A DNA stretch of 64,000 bases from Bacteroidota bacterium (GTDB lineage: Bacteria > Bacteroidota > Ignavibacteria > OLB7): positions 617 through 64,616 of the forward strand of contig JBEHWX010000015.1 of the NCBI GenBank assembly GCA_048498995.1. Direction: 5' to 3'. Shown here in pieces: positions 32,851 to 43,083 of this stretch (its first letter is position 1; the number at the start of each line of letters is the position of its first letter). The notes under the pieces are model-generated. The model did not search any database and was not told where the DNA came from. It saw only the letters and a program-made list of their open reading frames with translations. A program made the position numbers and the translations under genes.

Positions 32851-33282
32851 ATGACCTATCACGGCATCAATCACGTCGGGCTGGTGGTGACCGACCTTTC
32901 CCGGTCGCAGGAGTTTTTCATCGGAGCCCTCGGACTCCGCCAGCATCCGAGACGAGCGACCTGGTTCATCGCCGGACGCTGCACGCTCCACCTGATCGAG
33001 ATCCCGGAGGCGGGCGAGGACCGATCCCTCTACCGTTTGGTGCAGCACGTGGCGCTGCAGGTCGATGAGCTGAACGACATGCTCGGACAGCTCCTCCACG
33101 CCGGCCTGGCCCCATTCCAGCTGGACTTCAAGGGGAACGAAATGCCGGTCGACGACCCGGCATCGCCGCTGGAGTTCGGCGTCGGGACGCTCTTCGTCCG
33201 CGATCCCGACGGCAACCTGATCGAGCTGATTCAGCTCGGTCGGGGAATCTTCACGGATGAACCTGATCCGTTCGCGGGGTAA
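32851..33282 (+). CDS. VOC family (glyoxalase/bleomycin-resistance/dioxygenase) protein
   Basis: MTYHGINHVGLVVTDLSRSQEFFIGALGL...HVALQVDEL...FVRDPDGNLIELIQ, a classic VOC beta-alpha-beta-beta-beta module. Confidence 0.8.
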   Translation: MTYHGINHVGLVVTDLSRSQEFFIGALGLRQHPRRATWFIAGRCTLHLIEIPEAGEDRSLYRLVQHVALQVDELNDMLGQLLHAGLAPFQLDFKGNEMPVDDPASPLEFGVGTLFVRDPDGNLIELIQLGRGIFTDEPDPFAG

Positions 33283-33329
33283 GGCTCTCGCGCGTCGGAA
33301 CGGAGCAACCGTGTCCAACCGGAGCAACG

Positions 33330-34124
33330 ATGAATCTGGGAATCACCGGCCGCGCGGCGCTGGTCACCGGCGCCGGAAGCGGCATCGGCAGGGCCGTGGC
33401 GCTCGCCCTGGCGCGCGAAGGAGCGCTCGTGATGCTCTGCGGGCGCAATCGGGAGCGGCTGGAGAGCACGGCGGCGGAGATCGCGCTCGCCGATGGCCGC
33501 TCCGGCATCGTCGTCGCCGACCTCACCTCGGAGGCCGGCTGCGCCGCGGCCGTGCGGGCAACCGTGGAGGAATTCGGCTCGATCGAGATGGTGGTCAACG
33601 CCGCCGGCGATCCCACCGCGTGCGGCACCCTCGATGTTCCGAGCGAGACATGGCGGAGGATCTTCGACAGCCTCTTCTTCAGCGCCGTGTTCCTCTGCCA
33701 GGCGGCGATAGCCCGGATGCGGAGCGGCGGCTGGGGACGCATCGTCAACATCGCCTCGAGCGCCGTGAAATCGCCGAGCGGCTCCGGTCCGTACGACGCG
33801 GCGAAGGCGGCGCTGGTCGCCTTCACGAAGGATCTCGCCACGGAAGTCACCGCGGAGGGGATCCTGGTCAACGCCGTCTCCCCCGGCTCCACGCTGACGC
33901 CGCTCTGGACCGGCCAGGGGCGCATCGGCGATCAGCTCGCGGCGGAATTCGGCATCGATCGCGCCGCGCTTCTCGACGGCATCGCCGAGCGCATCCCGCT
34001 GAAGCGGATGGCCGAGCCGTCCGAGATCGCCGACGTCATCCTCTTTCTCCTGTCGGAGAAGGCCAGCTACGTGTCGGGAACGACCGTCTACGTCGACGGT
34101 GGAGCGGTCACCACGCCGTTCTGA
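33330..34124 (+). CDS. SDR family oxidoreductase
   Basis: ALVTGAGSGIGRAVALALAREGA, NAAG, S...YDAAKAAL catalytic triad region, PGSTLTP. Confidence 0.85.
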   Translation: MNLGITGRAALVTGAGSGIGRAVALALAREGALVMLCGRNRERLESTAAEIALADGRSGIVVADLTSEAGCAAAVRATVEEFGSIEMVVNAAGDPTACGTLDVPSETWRRIFDSLFFSAVFLCQAAIARMRSGGWGRIVNIASSAVKSPSGSGPYDAAKAALVAFTKDLATEVTAEGILVNAVSPGSTLTPLWTGQGRIGDQLAAEFGIDRAALLDGIAERIPLKRMAEPSEIADVILFLLSEKASYVSGTTVYVDGGAVTTPF

Positions 34125-34396
34125 TCCCGACCTGATTCCCCCGCCATCCCCGGAGGGAAACGGACCGGAGGCTCATCGCCCCGGCCCACGACGCGCGCGG
34201 CGTCCACCGCGCCGAGAGATCGGGATCTCCCCCCCACGCGCATCCACTTCCGAACGCGCCCGAGCCTGGTCCGCGCCGGCGCGCCGGCCATCGACATCAT
34301 CGAACAACAACGCACAGGTTCCCCGTATGCCGCTGTGGCCAAGTCCGCATTTGCCGCTGGTTCCGCGCGCAGCGGGATCACTCAACGACACCAGCC

Positions 34397-34822
34397 ATGT
34401 CCAGCACCAGTCACTCACCGCGGGGACCGATCTACGAGGTGGTCTCCGGGCAGATCCTGCTGTCGCGACGTCAGGATTTCTTCCGCCTCCACAAGGGGAC
34501 GCTGCTCCCGATCATGCGGGAGATAGGCATCCGCCCGATCGTGCTGCTGTTCACCGAGGTCGGGCGATACGGACGATTTCTGGATATCTACGAATACGAG
34601 GATTTCGCCGACTACCAGGAGAAGACCGATCGACTTCTGGCGCATGAGCGGATGGAATCCTATTACGCCGAGGTCGGCACGTGCGTCGACGGATCGATCA
34701 TGGTCGAGCTGATGCGGGATCTTCCCTATGCACCACAATGGAAGGAGCATGAACATGTGGTCCGGACGAATTCACTATCTGACCGGCGGCACGACACGTC
34801 TGCCACGCGTGATATCCTATGA
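34397..34822 (+). CDS. NIPSNAP/Dabb-like dimeric alpha+beta barrel protein
   Basis: IYEVVSGQILLSRRQDFFRLHKGTLLPIMREIGIRPIVLLFTEVGRYGRFLDIYEYEDFADYQE... The 3' end overlaps the next gene, so the true stop/start relationship is uncertain. Confidence 0.45.
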   Translation: MSSTSHSPRGPIYEVVSGQILLSRRQDFFRLHKGTLLPIMREIGIRPIVLLFTEVGRYGRFLDIYEYEDFADYQEKTDRLLAHERMESYYAEVGTCVDGSIMVELMRDLPYAPQWKEHEHVVRTNSLSDRRHDTSATRDIL

Positions 34823-35894
34823 CGCGCGGCGGTGGGCACGCTCGGTCGGCGTTACCCGCGACGTGCTCGCCGCTCACGGCGTGGATGCCACGTCGAGAAT
34901 CGCGATCTGCCACCCGTTCGCGCCGTGGGCCATCGGAATGGTCTTCGCGGAGGCGGCGCTCCAGTGCGGCGCGTCGGTGTATCCGCTCGGACTCTACGCG
35001 GGGCAGCCGAGCTTCCGCCACCTGCTCACGAACATCGCGCCGACGCATCTCTGCGCCACCGCGAGAAACCTCATCACCTGGGCGGAAGGAGCCGGTCCCA
35101 TCACGTCCGCCAGCGGGCATGACGGGAACGGCGACCATGCGCTCGAACCGCTCCTCCAGGGGGACGCAAACGGCAACGGACATCACCCCACGCGGCGCAG
35201 AGTCGCGTTCGTCGCCGGCGAAATGCTTACCGAGGCCAACCGCGTTGCCTGCGCGGAGGCCTGGAGCGCCGATGTGGTGAATGTCTACGGCATGGCCGAG
35301 CTCGATACCGTCGCCGCTGAGCTGCCGGGCGTGGAGGGACTTGTGCTGACCCCGACGCTCGAGGCGGGGATCCTGACGGATGGGAGCATTGCCGCTCCGA
35401 CGGTCGGCCTGCGCGGGGGGCTCATGCTGCGGGATCGCGCCGACGGACGCTGGTACCGCACCGGCGATCTGGTGAGCGTCACCGGGCGCACCTCCCCGGA
35501 CGCATCATGGCCGTCGAGCTGGATCATCGAGGTCCTCGGACGTCAGGAGGAAACCGTCACTCTCTCCGACGGAACGATGATCGGCTCCGACCACATCAGG
35601 CACATCACCGAGTCCCGGCCGGAGGTGACGCGCGTCCAGCTCGTGGTCCGGCGCACGCTGCGCGGCGACGAGATCGAGATCCGCTGCGTGCTCACCGACG
35701 CATGCGCCGACGCGCCGCTGGAGATCGTTCCGTTGTTTCTGGAAAGCAGCATCGACATCGCCGACAGTCACCGTCACGGCGTGATCGTCTCCGTTACCGC
35801 CATCGCGACCAGCGAGGCGGAGCTCGTGACCACGCCGCGTGGCAAAATCCCAACATTCGTCGAGGAGGAGCTCCATGTCCATCACCTCGCTTGA
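34728..35894 (+). CDS. Adenylate-forming enzyme, PaaK / coenzyme F390 synthetase-like (ANL superfamily)
   Basis: P-loop-like YLTGGTTRLPRV near the N-terminus and C-terminal adenylation-like segments. Possible starts at 34728, 34749 or 34755. The 3' end overlaps the HemN-like gene by 20 nt. Confidence 0.5.
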   Translation: MHHNGRSMNMWSGRIHYLTGGTTRLPRVISYDARRWARSVGVTRDVLAAHGVDATSRIAICHPFAPWAIGMVFAEAALQCGASVYPLGLYAGQPSFRHLLTNIAPTHLCATARNLITWAEGAGPITSASGHDGNGDHALEPLLQGDANGNGHHPTRRRVAFVAGEMLTEANRVACAEAWSADVVNVYGMAELDTVAAELPGVEGLVLTPTLEAGILTDGSIAAPTVGLRGGLMLRDRADGRWYRTGDLVSVTGRTSPDASWPSSWIIEVLGRQEETVTLSDGTMIGSDHIRHITESRPEVTRVQLVVRRTLRGDEIEIRCVLTDACADAPLEIVPLFLESSIDIADSHRHGVIVSVTAIATSEAELVTTPRGKIPTFVEEELHVHHLA

Positions 35895-37233
35895 GCAGTT
35901 CACGGCGCATCAGCTCTTTCCGGAGCGTGAGAGCACCTACATCCGCTGGTATCCGAAAACGCTGACGCCGACAGACGGCGTGGAGCCGGCATTCCCGCGC
36001 GAGCCGGATCCGGAGGGGATCTACATCCATGTGCCCTTCTGCGACCGTCTCTGTCTGTTTTGTCCGTTCAACAAGCGGCAGACGCGACCGGACCTTCTGC
36101 GAAAATTCCTGCTGGGGCTCCGCGCGGAGATACGATTGTACGCGCAGTTGTGCGGGGTGAGCCGGCCGCTCCGGTTCATCTATTTCGGCGGGGGGACGCC
36201 GTCGGTGCTCACCTCCGGCATCCTCACGAACATCCTCGGCGAGATAGCCTCCTGGTTTCCGCTGGCCGACGATCTGGAGGTGACGCTCGAATCGCATCCG
36301 ACGCACCTGACGCCGTCGTACGTGCATCGCGTGCGTGAGGCGGGAATCACCCGGATCAGCAGCGGCGTTCAAGGGTTCGACGACCGGCTTCTGCAGCGTA
36401 TCGGCGCGCAGCATCACGCGGCCGACTCCCACAGGGCCATCGAGAGCGTCGCCGGCGAGCTCGGCGGCATCGCCATCGACCTCCTGTTCCGCTGCCCGGG
36501 ACAGTCGCTTGCCGACTGGCAGCGACAGCTCGAGATCGCGATCGGACTTCCCGGCGTCAGCCACGTCAGCTGCTACAGTCTCGTGCTCGAGGCCTCCGCC
36601 GCGCAGCCGGATCCCCATGTGGACGCCGAGATGACGCTCGCGGCGCATCGGATGCTGGAGGCGGCGGGATTCGCGCACTACGCGTCGTGCGCAAGCGGAG
36701 GGTTCGACTTCGCCCGGCCGGGAATGAAGTGCGCCTACGAGGAGCGGCACTGGGGCGCTCCGCAGTCGGAGTTTCTCGGCCTGGGTCCCGGCGCGCTCGG
36801 CTTCGTCGGTGGCGCGGCAACGGTCAACGGCCTCTCGGTCGATCGCTACGAGCAGCGGCTCGCACGCGGGAGATTTCCGCTGGTCTCCGTTACCGGCATG
36901 TCGGTCGAGGAGGAGATGCGTCGCTACTTCGTGCTCGGCGTCAAGACGCTGCGGGTGCCGTTCGCGCCGTTTCGCGCGCGCTACGGCGTGGAGCCGCGGA
37001 CGCTCTTCGCGCCGGAGATCGAGCGACTGGCCGCCTGGGGCTTCGCCGACGTCCATGACGACGAGCTGGTACTCACCGAGCTCGGCAGGCTCTTCGTCGA
37101 CTCGGTGAGCGAAGTGTTCTTCAGCCGCGAGGAGCGGAATGTGCCGCATCCCGAGGAGCCGGAGATACGCGCCATCGAGTCAGGCATCGGACGCGGGATG
37201 GAGATAGCCTCCCCGGTAGGCATCGACCTGTGA
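35875..37233 (+). CDS. Radical SAM enzyme, HemN/HemW-like (oxygen-independent coproporphyrinogen oxidase-like family)
   Basis: IYIHVPFCDRLCLFCPF (CxxxCxxC), IYFGGGTPSVL, and an HemN C-terminal-like domain. Start ATG at 35875. Confidence 0.8.
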   Translation: MSITSLEQFTAHQLFPERESTYIRWYPKTLTPTDGVEPAFPREPDPEGIYIHVPFCDRLCLFCPFNKRQTRPDLLRKFLLGLRAEIRLYAQLCGVSRPLRFIYFGGGTPSVLTSGILTNILGEIASWFPLADDLEVTLESHPTHLTPSYVHRVREAGITRISSGVQGFDDRLLQRIGAQHHAADSHRAIESVAGELGGIAIDLLFRCPGQSLADWQRQLEIAIGLPGVSHVSCYSLVLEASAAQPDPHVDAEMTLAAHRMLEAAGFAHYASCASGGFDFARPGMKCAYEERHWGAPQSEFLGLGPGALGFVGGAATVNGLSVDRYEQRLARGRFPLVSVTGMSVEEEMRRYFVLGVKTLRVPFAPFRARYGVEPRTLFAPEIERLAAWGFADVHDDELVLTELGRLFVDSVSEVFFSREERNVPHPEEPEIRAIESGIGRGMEIASPVGIDL

Positions 37234-37616
37234 CGGCATCGGGCCCGGACATCACCGTTGAGCGATGTCCGGGCCCATCGGCCTCTGCGTTGCGCTTTCG
37301 CGATACGGCCCACACCCTTCACCCCGCCTCTCCTTCCGATCCCCTGGCCCCACCTCCTCGACGCTACCGCGACGAGCACCGTCGTCCATCCACGGCGGCG
37401 CGGATCTCGTGCTCACGCCATCTCGCGCAAGCCTCCTCTGTCCGGAATTCGGATCGTGTCCAGGATCACGACAGCTCGCGTAATCACCAATCGACGATTT
37501 CAGGAAGATTCGAAGGATTTGATCGCATGGCATGATCCTATTAGCGAGGGTTTGTGTACGCGAATTCAACGGGACTACAAAACACGAACACTCGATACTC
37601 AACGGGACCAACTGAC

Positions 37617-38159
37617 ATGAACAAGCAGATCTTCACCCTCGCCGCTCTGGCCATCGTCGCCGCTCCGATCGCCACGATGGCCCAGTCGGCCTCGGTTACC
37701 TCCACGGCCACCATCGTTACCCCGATCACCGCGACCGCCACCGCTCCGCTGGCCTTCGGTACCATCAGCAAGGGCTCGGCCGCCACGGTTGCGGCCAACA
37801 GCTCCTCGGCCGGCGCGGTGACCTTCTCGGGCGACGAGGCCGACAACATCACGATCTCGGTGCCGGCCACGGCCACCATCTCGACCACGTCGGGTGCCGG
37901 CGCCAGCATGACGGTGACCCTGAACCGCGCGGCGCTGCGCGTGGGGACCACGAGCGCTCAGGCCTCCTCCTCGGCGCTCGACGCCTCGAGCGGCTCGGCC
38001 ACGACGGCTCTGTCGGCTGACGGCTCGGGCGACGGTGTTGCCAACGACGGTCTCGGGCAGTCCTACCTCTGGATCGGTGGCTCGGTGACGCCGACGGCCA
38101 CGCAGCAGCGCGGCAGCTACAGCGGCACCTTCACCGTCTCGGCCGCCTACTCCAACTAA
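37617..38159 (+). CDS. DUF4402-like secreted Thr/Ser/Ala-rich protein (copy 2)
   Basis: MNKQIFTLAALAIVAAPIATMAQSASVTSTATIVTPITATATAPLAFGTISKG..., ending QQRGSYSGTFTVSAAYSN. Paralog of 28148..28696. Confidence 0.7.
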   Translation: MNKQIFTLAALAIVAAPIATMAQSASVTSTATIVTPITATATAPLAFGTISKGSAATVAANSSSAGAVTFSGDEADNITISVPATATISTTSGAGASMTVTLNRAALRVGTTSAQASSSALDASSGSATTALSADGSGDGVANDGLGQSYLWIGGSVTPTATQQRGSYSGTFTVSAAYSN

Positions 38160-38603
38160 GTTTCAACGCGCCGGGCGCTTGAGCGCCGCGCGGAATCGAA
38201 AATCGACAGACGCCAAGTGAATGCTTCGAACTGATGTGAAGATGTGGTGGTGAGAGATCCCGCTGTCGCGCGGCCGCGTGGGTTCGGCATGCTTTGGCGC
38301 CGGCGGCGGGTGACTCTCAACCGATGATGATCCGCATGATCGTTCTCCCGCGGCGGCGCGCCGGTCTGACTGACGCGCCGCCGTTTTCTTTCGAGTGCCA
38401 GGTATCCGCACGACGTCAGCGGGCGCTCTCCGGCCACAACCTGGGCGGCCACGGAAGGCCGACCCGCGCGACATTCGCCTTCGCCGCTTCAACGTCAGGC
38501 TCCATGGAATCGGGACAAGAAATGCGTACCATGCCCACGTCATGAACAGAGCCTAGCTCAGCACCCCAGGAGCACCTGGTCCCACGATTTCAGGAGCCTC
38601 GAC

Positions 38604-39662
38604 ATGATACCGCGCACATTCTCCCGCCGCGTTTCTCGAGGAGTCACCGCCTCGCTGCTGCTCATTATCGGCGTAACGCTCGCGCCGCGAAACTGCCGTG
38701 GTGGATTGCAGGATCTGCCCGGAACGCTTCGCGCGCTGCGTGGCCCCGTGGCGCGCGTCGAGTTCGATGACACGATACTATTCAACACCTACTGGGATCC
38801 GGCGAACATCCAACGTGAGAATCTCGCGAGCGTGTCATTCGATCGCACGGGAGTTCCAACCGGATGGACCACCCGCTTTCTCGGCAACACCGGCGTCAAG
38901 TTCTGGCGTGACGCATGCCGCCGCATCGTCCGCCTGCGTCTGGTCACCGTGCTTGAATTGGGATCACGGAATCGTTTCGGAGAGTTGATCGAGAGTGGGC
39001 AGGGAACGAAGACCACTACGACCGCCTCCAGCATCCGATATGCTCCGGATGGCGATTCCGCGTGGATCGAGACGACGAACCGTGAGGTCGAACGGGACAT
39101 GTCGGGGCATCGAACGGAGAACGTCGAGCTGCTTTCGGCACGCATCCATGCCGCCCCCGACGGCAGCAGACTCGATATTCTCCGCCGGTATCCGGACACC
39201 GATTACATGATCACGTCCGAGCACGAAGGCAACCGGATCAGCGAGGTTCATGCAACTCCGGACACCACGCGTGTCCTGTCACGATCCAGCCGCACACTCG
39301 ACTCCACCGGCGCCGTCATCGAGGAATGCTATTATTCCCGCGGGCGAACGCAACTGACCTCGTACATCAACGACTCGCTCGGGAATCCGGTGGTTGTCCG
39401 CTACGATTGGCTGGACGCTCCATGGCCTCCCCGCATTACCCACATATCGTATCGATACGACCACTATGGAAACTGGATCGAGCGGACCGAACACTCAACG
39501 GGATTTCAGATGAGCAGGCATGGAATCGTCCATGTGGAATCCGCGTATCGCAACCGGCGGAGCATTACCTACTATGAGCCGCGATCGGCGCCCGACTATG
39601 CCCAGGCCGCGCACGAGCCATTGCTCGCGGCGGTGCTGAACGAGCTCTATTTCTTTCCCTGA
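38604..39662 (+). CDS. Hypothetical secreted protein
   Basis: 352 aa with an N-terminal hydrophobic segment and no recognisable domain. Lower GC than neighbours. Followed by a strong bidirectional terminator hairpin. Confidence 0.5.
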   Translation: MIPRTFSRRVSRGVTASLLLIIGVTLAPRNCRGGLQDLPGTLRALRGPVARVEFDDTILFNTYWDPANIQRENLASVSFDRTGVPTGWTTRFLGNTGVKFWRDACRRIVRLRLVTVLELGSRNRFGELIESGQGTKTTTTASSIRYAPDGDSAWIETTNREVERDMSGHRTENVELLSARIHAAPDGSRLDILRRYPDTDYMITSEHEGNRISEVHATPDTTRVLSRSSRTLDSTGAVIEECYYSRGRTQLTSYINDSLGNPVVVRYDWLDAPWPPRITHISYRYDHYGNWIERTEHSTGFQMSRHGIVHVESAYRNRRSITYYEPRSAPDYAQAAHEPLLAAVLNELYFFP

Positions 39663-39678
39663 TCCACACCAAACGCAA

Positions 39679-39717
39679 ACGGGGCCGCGCGGCATGCACC
39701 GCGCGGCCCCGTCGTTT
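39679..39717. terminator. Bidirectional intrinsic terminator (14 bp GC stem + T-run) between convergent genes
   Basis: acggggccgcgcgg-catgca-ccgcgcggccccgt followed by cgtttc. The complement carries gtttgcgttt on the other side. Confidence 0.6.
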
Positions 39718-39746
39718 CATGATCCGTCGAGCGCCAAGCCGAAGCC

Positions 39747-41495
39747 TCACCGCAGGCTCGCCAGCTCCTCCTCGAGCAACTGCATCTCGTACATCCTCGC
39801 GTACTCTCCCTTGATCGCCAGCAGCTCCTCGTGCGTTCCCCGCTCGGTGATCCGTCCGCCATCCATCACGATGATCTGGTCGGCATCCTTCACCGTCGAG
39901 ATACGATGGGCGATGATGATGCTCGTCCGCTCACGCATCACCTCGCGGAGGCCGGAGAGGATGTGCTCCTCGGTCTCGGTGTCGACCGCGGAGAGCGCGT
40001 CGTCGAGGGCGAGGATCTTCGGATCGCGAAGCACGGCGCGCGCGATCGAGGTGCGCTGCTTCTGTCCGCCGGAAAGGGTCAGTCCGCGCTCGCCGACGAT
40101 GGTGTCGAACTTCTTCGGGAAGCCCTCCACGTTGTCGTAGAGCTGCGCGATCTTCGAGGCTTCGACAACATCCTCCATCGGCGCGTCGGCGCGACCGAAG
40201 CGGATGTTGCCGGCGATCGTCTCGGAGAAGAGGAAGGTCTCCTGCGTCACCATGCCGATCGAGGAGCGAAGCACCTCCAGCGGGATCGTGCGGATCGAGT
40301 GTCCGTCGATCAGGATATCTCCCTGCTGGATGTCGTACAGACGGGCGATCAGGTTCACCACCGTGCTCTTGCCGGCGCCGGTGGTGCCGATGATCGCCAG
40401 CGTGGTCCCCGGCTCCACCGTGAAGGTGATGTCGTGGAGCACGTCGGAGAGCTCCGGCCGGTAGCGGAAGGTAACGTTCCGGAACTCGATCCGGCCGCGG
40501 ATATCGGTGATGGAGGCATCGGTCATCGAGCGATCGCTGGCCTCCACCGGAAGCTCCAGCACTTTGTTCAGACGCTCCATCGAGGCGGCGCCGCGCTGGA
40601 CCAGGTTGGTGACCCACCCCACCGCGATTACCGGCCAGATAAGCTGCGAGATGTAGGCGAAGAACTGCGCGATATCACCCAGCGTGGCGTGCCCCTGCGT
40701 CACCTCGTAGCCGCCGTAGCCGAGCACGATGATCTGCGACATGCCGATCAGCCCCACCATCACCGGCATCATCAGCGCCTGGGTCTTCACCAGCTTCATG
40801 TTCTTGACCTTGTAGAGCTCGCTCATCTGCGCGAACGAGGTGAGCGAGAAGGCCTCGCGCACGTACGCGCGCACCACGCGAACGCCGGAGATGTTCTCCT
40901 GCGCGCGGGAGGTCAGGTCGCTGAACTGCCCCTGCACCTGGCCGAACAGGCTATGGATCCGCCGGCCGAAGGCATAGACCGTGTAGCTGGCGAACGGCAG
41001 CGGGATCAGCGCCAGGAGCGTGATCTTCCAGGAGAGGAGCAACATCATCGTCATCGCGAAGGCGAAGGTGGTGACGGTGTTGGCCGTGTACATCAGCGCC
41101 GGTCCCACGAACTCGCGGACCGCGGAGATGTCGTTGGTGGCCAGCGCCATCACGTCGCCGGTCGGCGTCGTGGTGAAGTAGCCCATCGGGAGCGCCTGCA
41201 CGTGCGAAAGGAAATCGTCGCGGATGTCCCGCTCCACCAGACGGGACATGACGATGATCGTCTGTCGCGTGATGAAGAGGAAGACGCCGCTGCCGAGCGA
41301 GAGCCCGAGGATGATCAGCGCTTCCACCAGCAGCTCACCGCCGGTGATCCCCTTGCCGAGCCGGTCGATCGTCTGACCGACGAAGCGCGGAATGGCGACC
41401 GAGAAGACGTTGGAGATGGTGATCGCGATCAGTCCCCAGACAAGCCGGGACTTGTACCGCATGATATACGGACGTAGACTGCGAAGAGAGTTCAT
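39747..41495 (-). CDS. ABC exporter, fused permease/ATPase (MsbA/lipid A exporter-like)
   Basis: Six N-terminal TM helices, Walker A GTTGAGKST, signature LSGGQKQR, Walker B ILALDDALSAVD. Confidence 0.9.
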   Translation of the reverse strand: MNSLRSLRPYIMRYKSRLVWGLIAITISNVFSVAIPRFVGQTIDRLGKGITGGELLVEALIILGLSLGSGVFLFITRQTIIVMSRLVERDIRDDFLSHVQALPMGYFTTTPTGDVMALATNDISAVREFVGPALMYTANTVTTFAFAMTMMLLLSWKITLLALIPLPFASYTVYAFGRRIHSLFGQVQGQFSDLTSRAQENISGVRVVRAYVREAFSLTSFAQMSELYKVKNMKLVKTQALMMPVMVGLIGMSQIIVLGYGGYEVTQGHATLGDIAQFFAYISQLIWPVIAVGWVTNLVQRGAASMERLNKVLELPVEASDRSMTDASITDIRGRIEFRNVTFRYRPELSDVLHDITFTVEPGTTLAIIGTTGAGKSTVVNLIARLYDIQQGDILIDGHSIRTIPLEVLRSSIGMVTQETFLFSETIAGNIRFGRADAPMEDVVEASKIAQLYDNVEGFPKKFDTIVGERGLTLSGGQKQRTSIARAVLRDPKILALDDALSAVDTETEEHILSGLREVMRERTSIIIAHRISTVKDADQIIVMDGGRITERGTHEELLAIKGEYARMYEMQLLEEELASLR

Positions 41496-41561
41496 GGGCG
41501 ACCTTTGGGAAGAGGTTCAGTTCGAGTCGTGCCCGAAGACGTGCGTAGGCCGGGAAGATTG

Positions 41562-41592
41562 CGCGCCCGGACAAAAAAATTGTCCGGGCGCG
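41562..41592 (-). terminator. 13 bp GC-rich hairpin downstream of dnaJ
   Basis: cgcgcccggacaa-aaaaa-ttgtccgggcgcg. Confidence 0.45.
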
Positions 41593-41673
41593 GCGGAATG
41601 CGTTCAGTTGGTTCAACCGGTCGATGGCGCCGATTCCGAGATCGGCGGGTCATCACCGGCCGGGAGCTCCCCT

Positions 41674-42828
41674 TCAGGAGAAGGCTTCCTTCACCTTCTC
41701 GAAGAATCCTCCCCTCTCGGCCGGCCTGGCGCCGTTGGCCGGAGAGATGTTCGGGTGCCGGGAGAGCTCCTGCAGGGCGGTCCGCTCCTCGTCGGAGAGC
41801 TTGGTCGGCACGTGGATGTTCACGCGGACGATCTGGTCCCCCTTGCGGCCGGTCTCCAGGTGAGGAATGCCCTTCTCGCGCATCCGGAGGAGCGTACCCG
41901 GCGGCGTCCCCGGCTCGACCTTGACGGCCGAGGAGCCGGTGAGCGTCGGCACCTCCACCTCGGCGCCGAGCGCGGCCTGCGGGAAGGAGATCGTCAGATC
42001 ATAGACCACGTCGTTGCCGTTGCGGACGAAGCTCTTGTGCTGGCGCTCCTCGATCAGGACGATCAGGTCGCCGGCCGGACCTCCGTGACGGCCGGCATTG
42101 CCGGCGCCGCGGATCGGAATGTAGTTGCCGTCGGAAACACCGGCCGGAACGCGGATCTCCTCGCGTCCCTCCCCCTGCACGCGCCCCTCGCCGCCGCACT
42201 TCTTGCACGGCTCGATCACCACCTTCCCCTCACCCTGGCAGGTGGGGCAGGCGGCGATGTTGACGAACTGGCCGAAGAGGGAGCGGCTCACCTGCCGGAT
42301 CTCCCCGCTCCCCTGGCAGGAGGAACAGGTCTGGATGCCGGAGGGAGAAAGGGCTCCCTGGCCGGTGCACTCCGGGCAGGTGACCATCTTCTTGATCGAG
42401 ATCGTCTTGTCCACGCCGGTGGCGATCTCCTCGAGCGCCAGCGGCAGACGGACCTTGAGGTCGCTGCCGGGCTGACCGAAGACCGCCCCGCGCGCGCGTC
42501 CGCCGCCGAAGCCCCCCCCTCCTCCGCCGCCGAAGATATCGCCGAACCCGAAGGCGCTGAAGATATCTCCCAGGTCGGAGAAGTTGTGGAAGTCCTGGCC
42601 GCTGCGCATCCCCTGATGACCGAAGCGATCGTACCGGGCGCGCTTGTCGGCGTTGGAGAGCACCTCGTAGGCCTCGGCCGCCTCGCGGAACCTGGACTCG
42701 GCCTCCGGGTTGTCCGGGTTGCGGTCCGGATGGTACTGCATGGCCAGCTTACGGTAGGCCGTCTTGATATCCGCTTCGGATGCCTCGCGGGGAAGTCCGA
42801 GGATCTCGTAATAATCTCGTTTCTGCAT
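41674..42828 (-). CDS. dnaJ: Chaperone DnaJ
   Basis: J-domain DYYEILGL...HPDRN, G/F region, four CxxCxG zinc repeats. Confidence 0.95.
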   Translation of the reverse strand: MQKRDYYEILGLPREASEADIKTAYRKLAMQYHPDRNPDNPEAESRFREAAEAYEVLSNADKRARYDRFGHQGMRSGQDFHNFSDLGDIFSAFGFGDIFGGGGGGGFGGGRARGAVFGQPGSDLKVRLPLALEEIATGVDKTISIKKMVTCPECTGQGALSPSGIQTCSSCQGSGEIRQVSRSLFGQFVNIAACPTCQGEGKVVIEPCKKCGGEGRVQGEGREEIRVPAGVSDGNYIPIRGAGNAGRHGGPAGDLIVLIEERQHKSFVRNGNDVVYDLTISFPQAALGAEVEVPTLTGSSAVKVEPGTPPGTLLRMREKGIPHLETGRKGDQIVRVNIHVPTKLSDEERTALQELSRHPNISPANGARPAERGGFFEKVKEAFS

Positions 42829-43042
42829 AAGGATGGTACTTCTTTCGTTCGTGGTCGCGCAGTGGTCGGGAACGGGGCCCGTGAGGAAGGAAGATAGCGA
42901 TCCCGGTCAGGAATCGCACCACTGGATTCAGGGGGCCGGGATGCCGGGGATGCGCGCGCGACCGCGCTTGGACATCGATGTCGGGGAGGGCGTCCTCGCG
43001 AAAACCGTCCGGAGGCTCGGAGGCACCGGGCAAGAGACGAGT

Positions 43043-43073
43043 CCGGGGCCGGACGATTGGATGCCGGCCCCGG
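43043..43073 (-). terminator. 10 bp GC hairpin downstream of grpE
   Basis: ccggggccgg-acgattggatg-ccggccccgg. Confidence 0.35.
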
Positions 43074-43083
43074 GAATTTCACA

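Noticed and set aside
42860-42910. SRP-RNA-like GGAAGGAAG / GGTCAGG motifs in dnaJ 5' region
   Set aside because: The motifs are in the wrong order and spacing relative to 4.5S RNA domain IV, and no helix 8 structure could be drawn.
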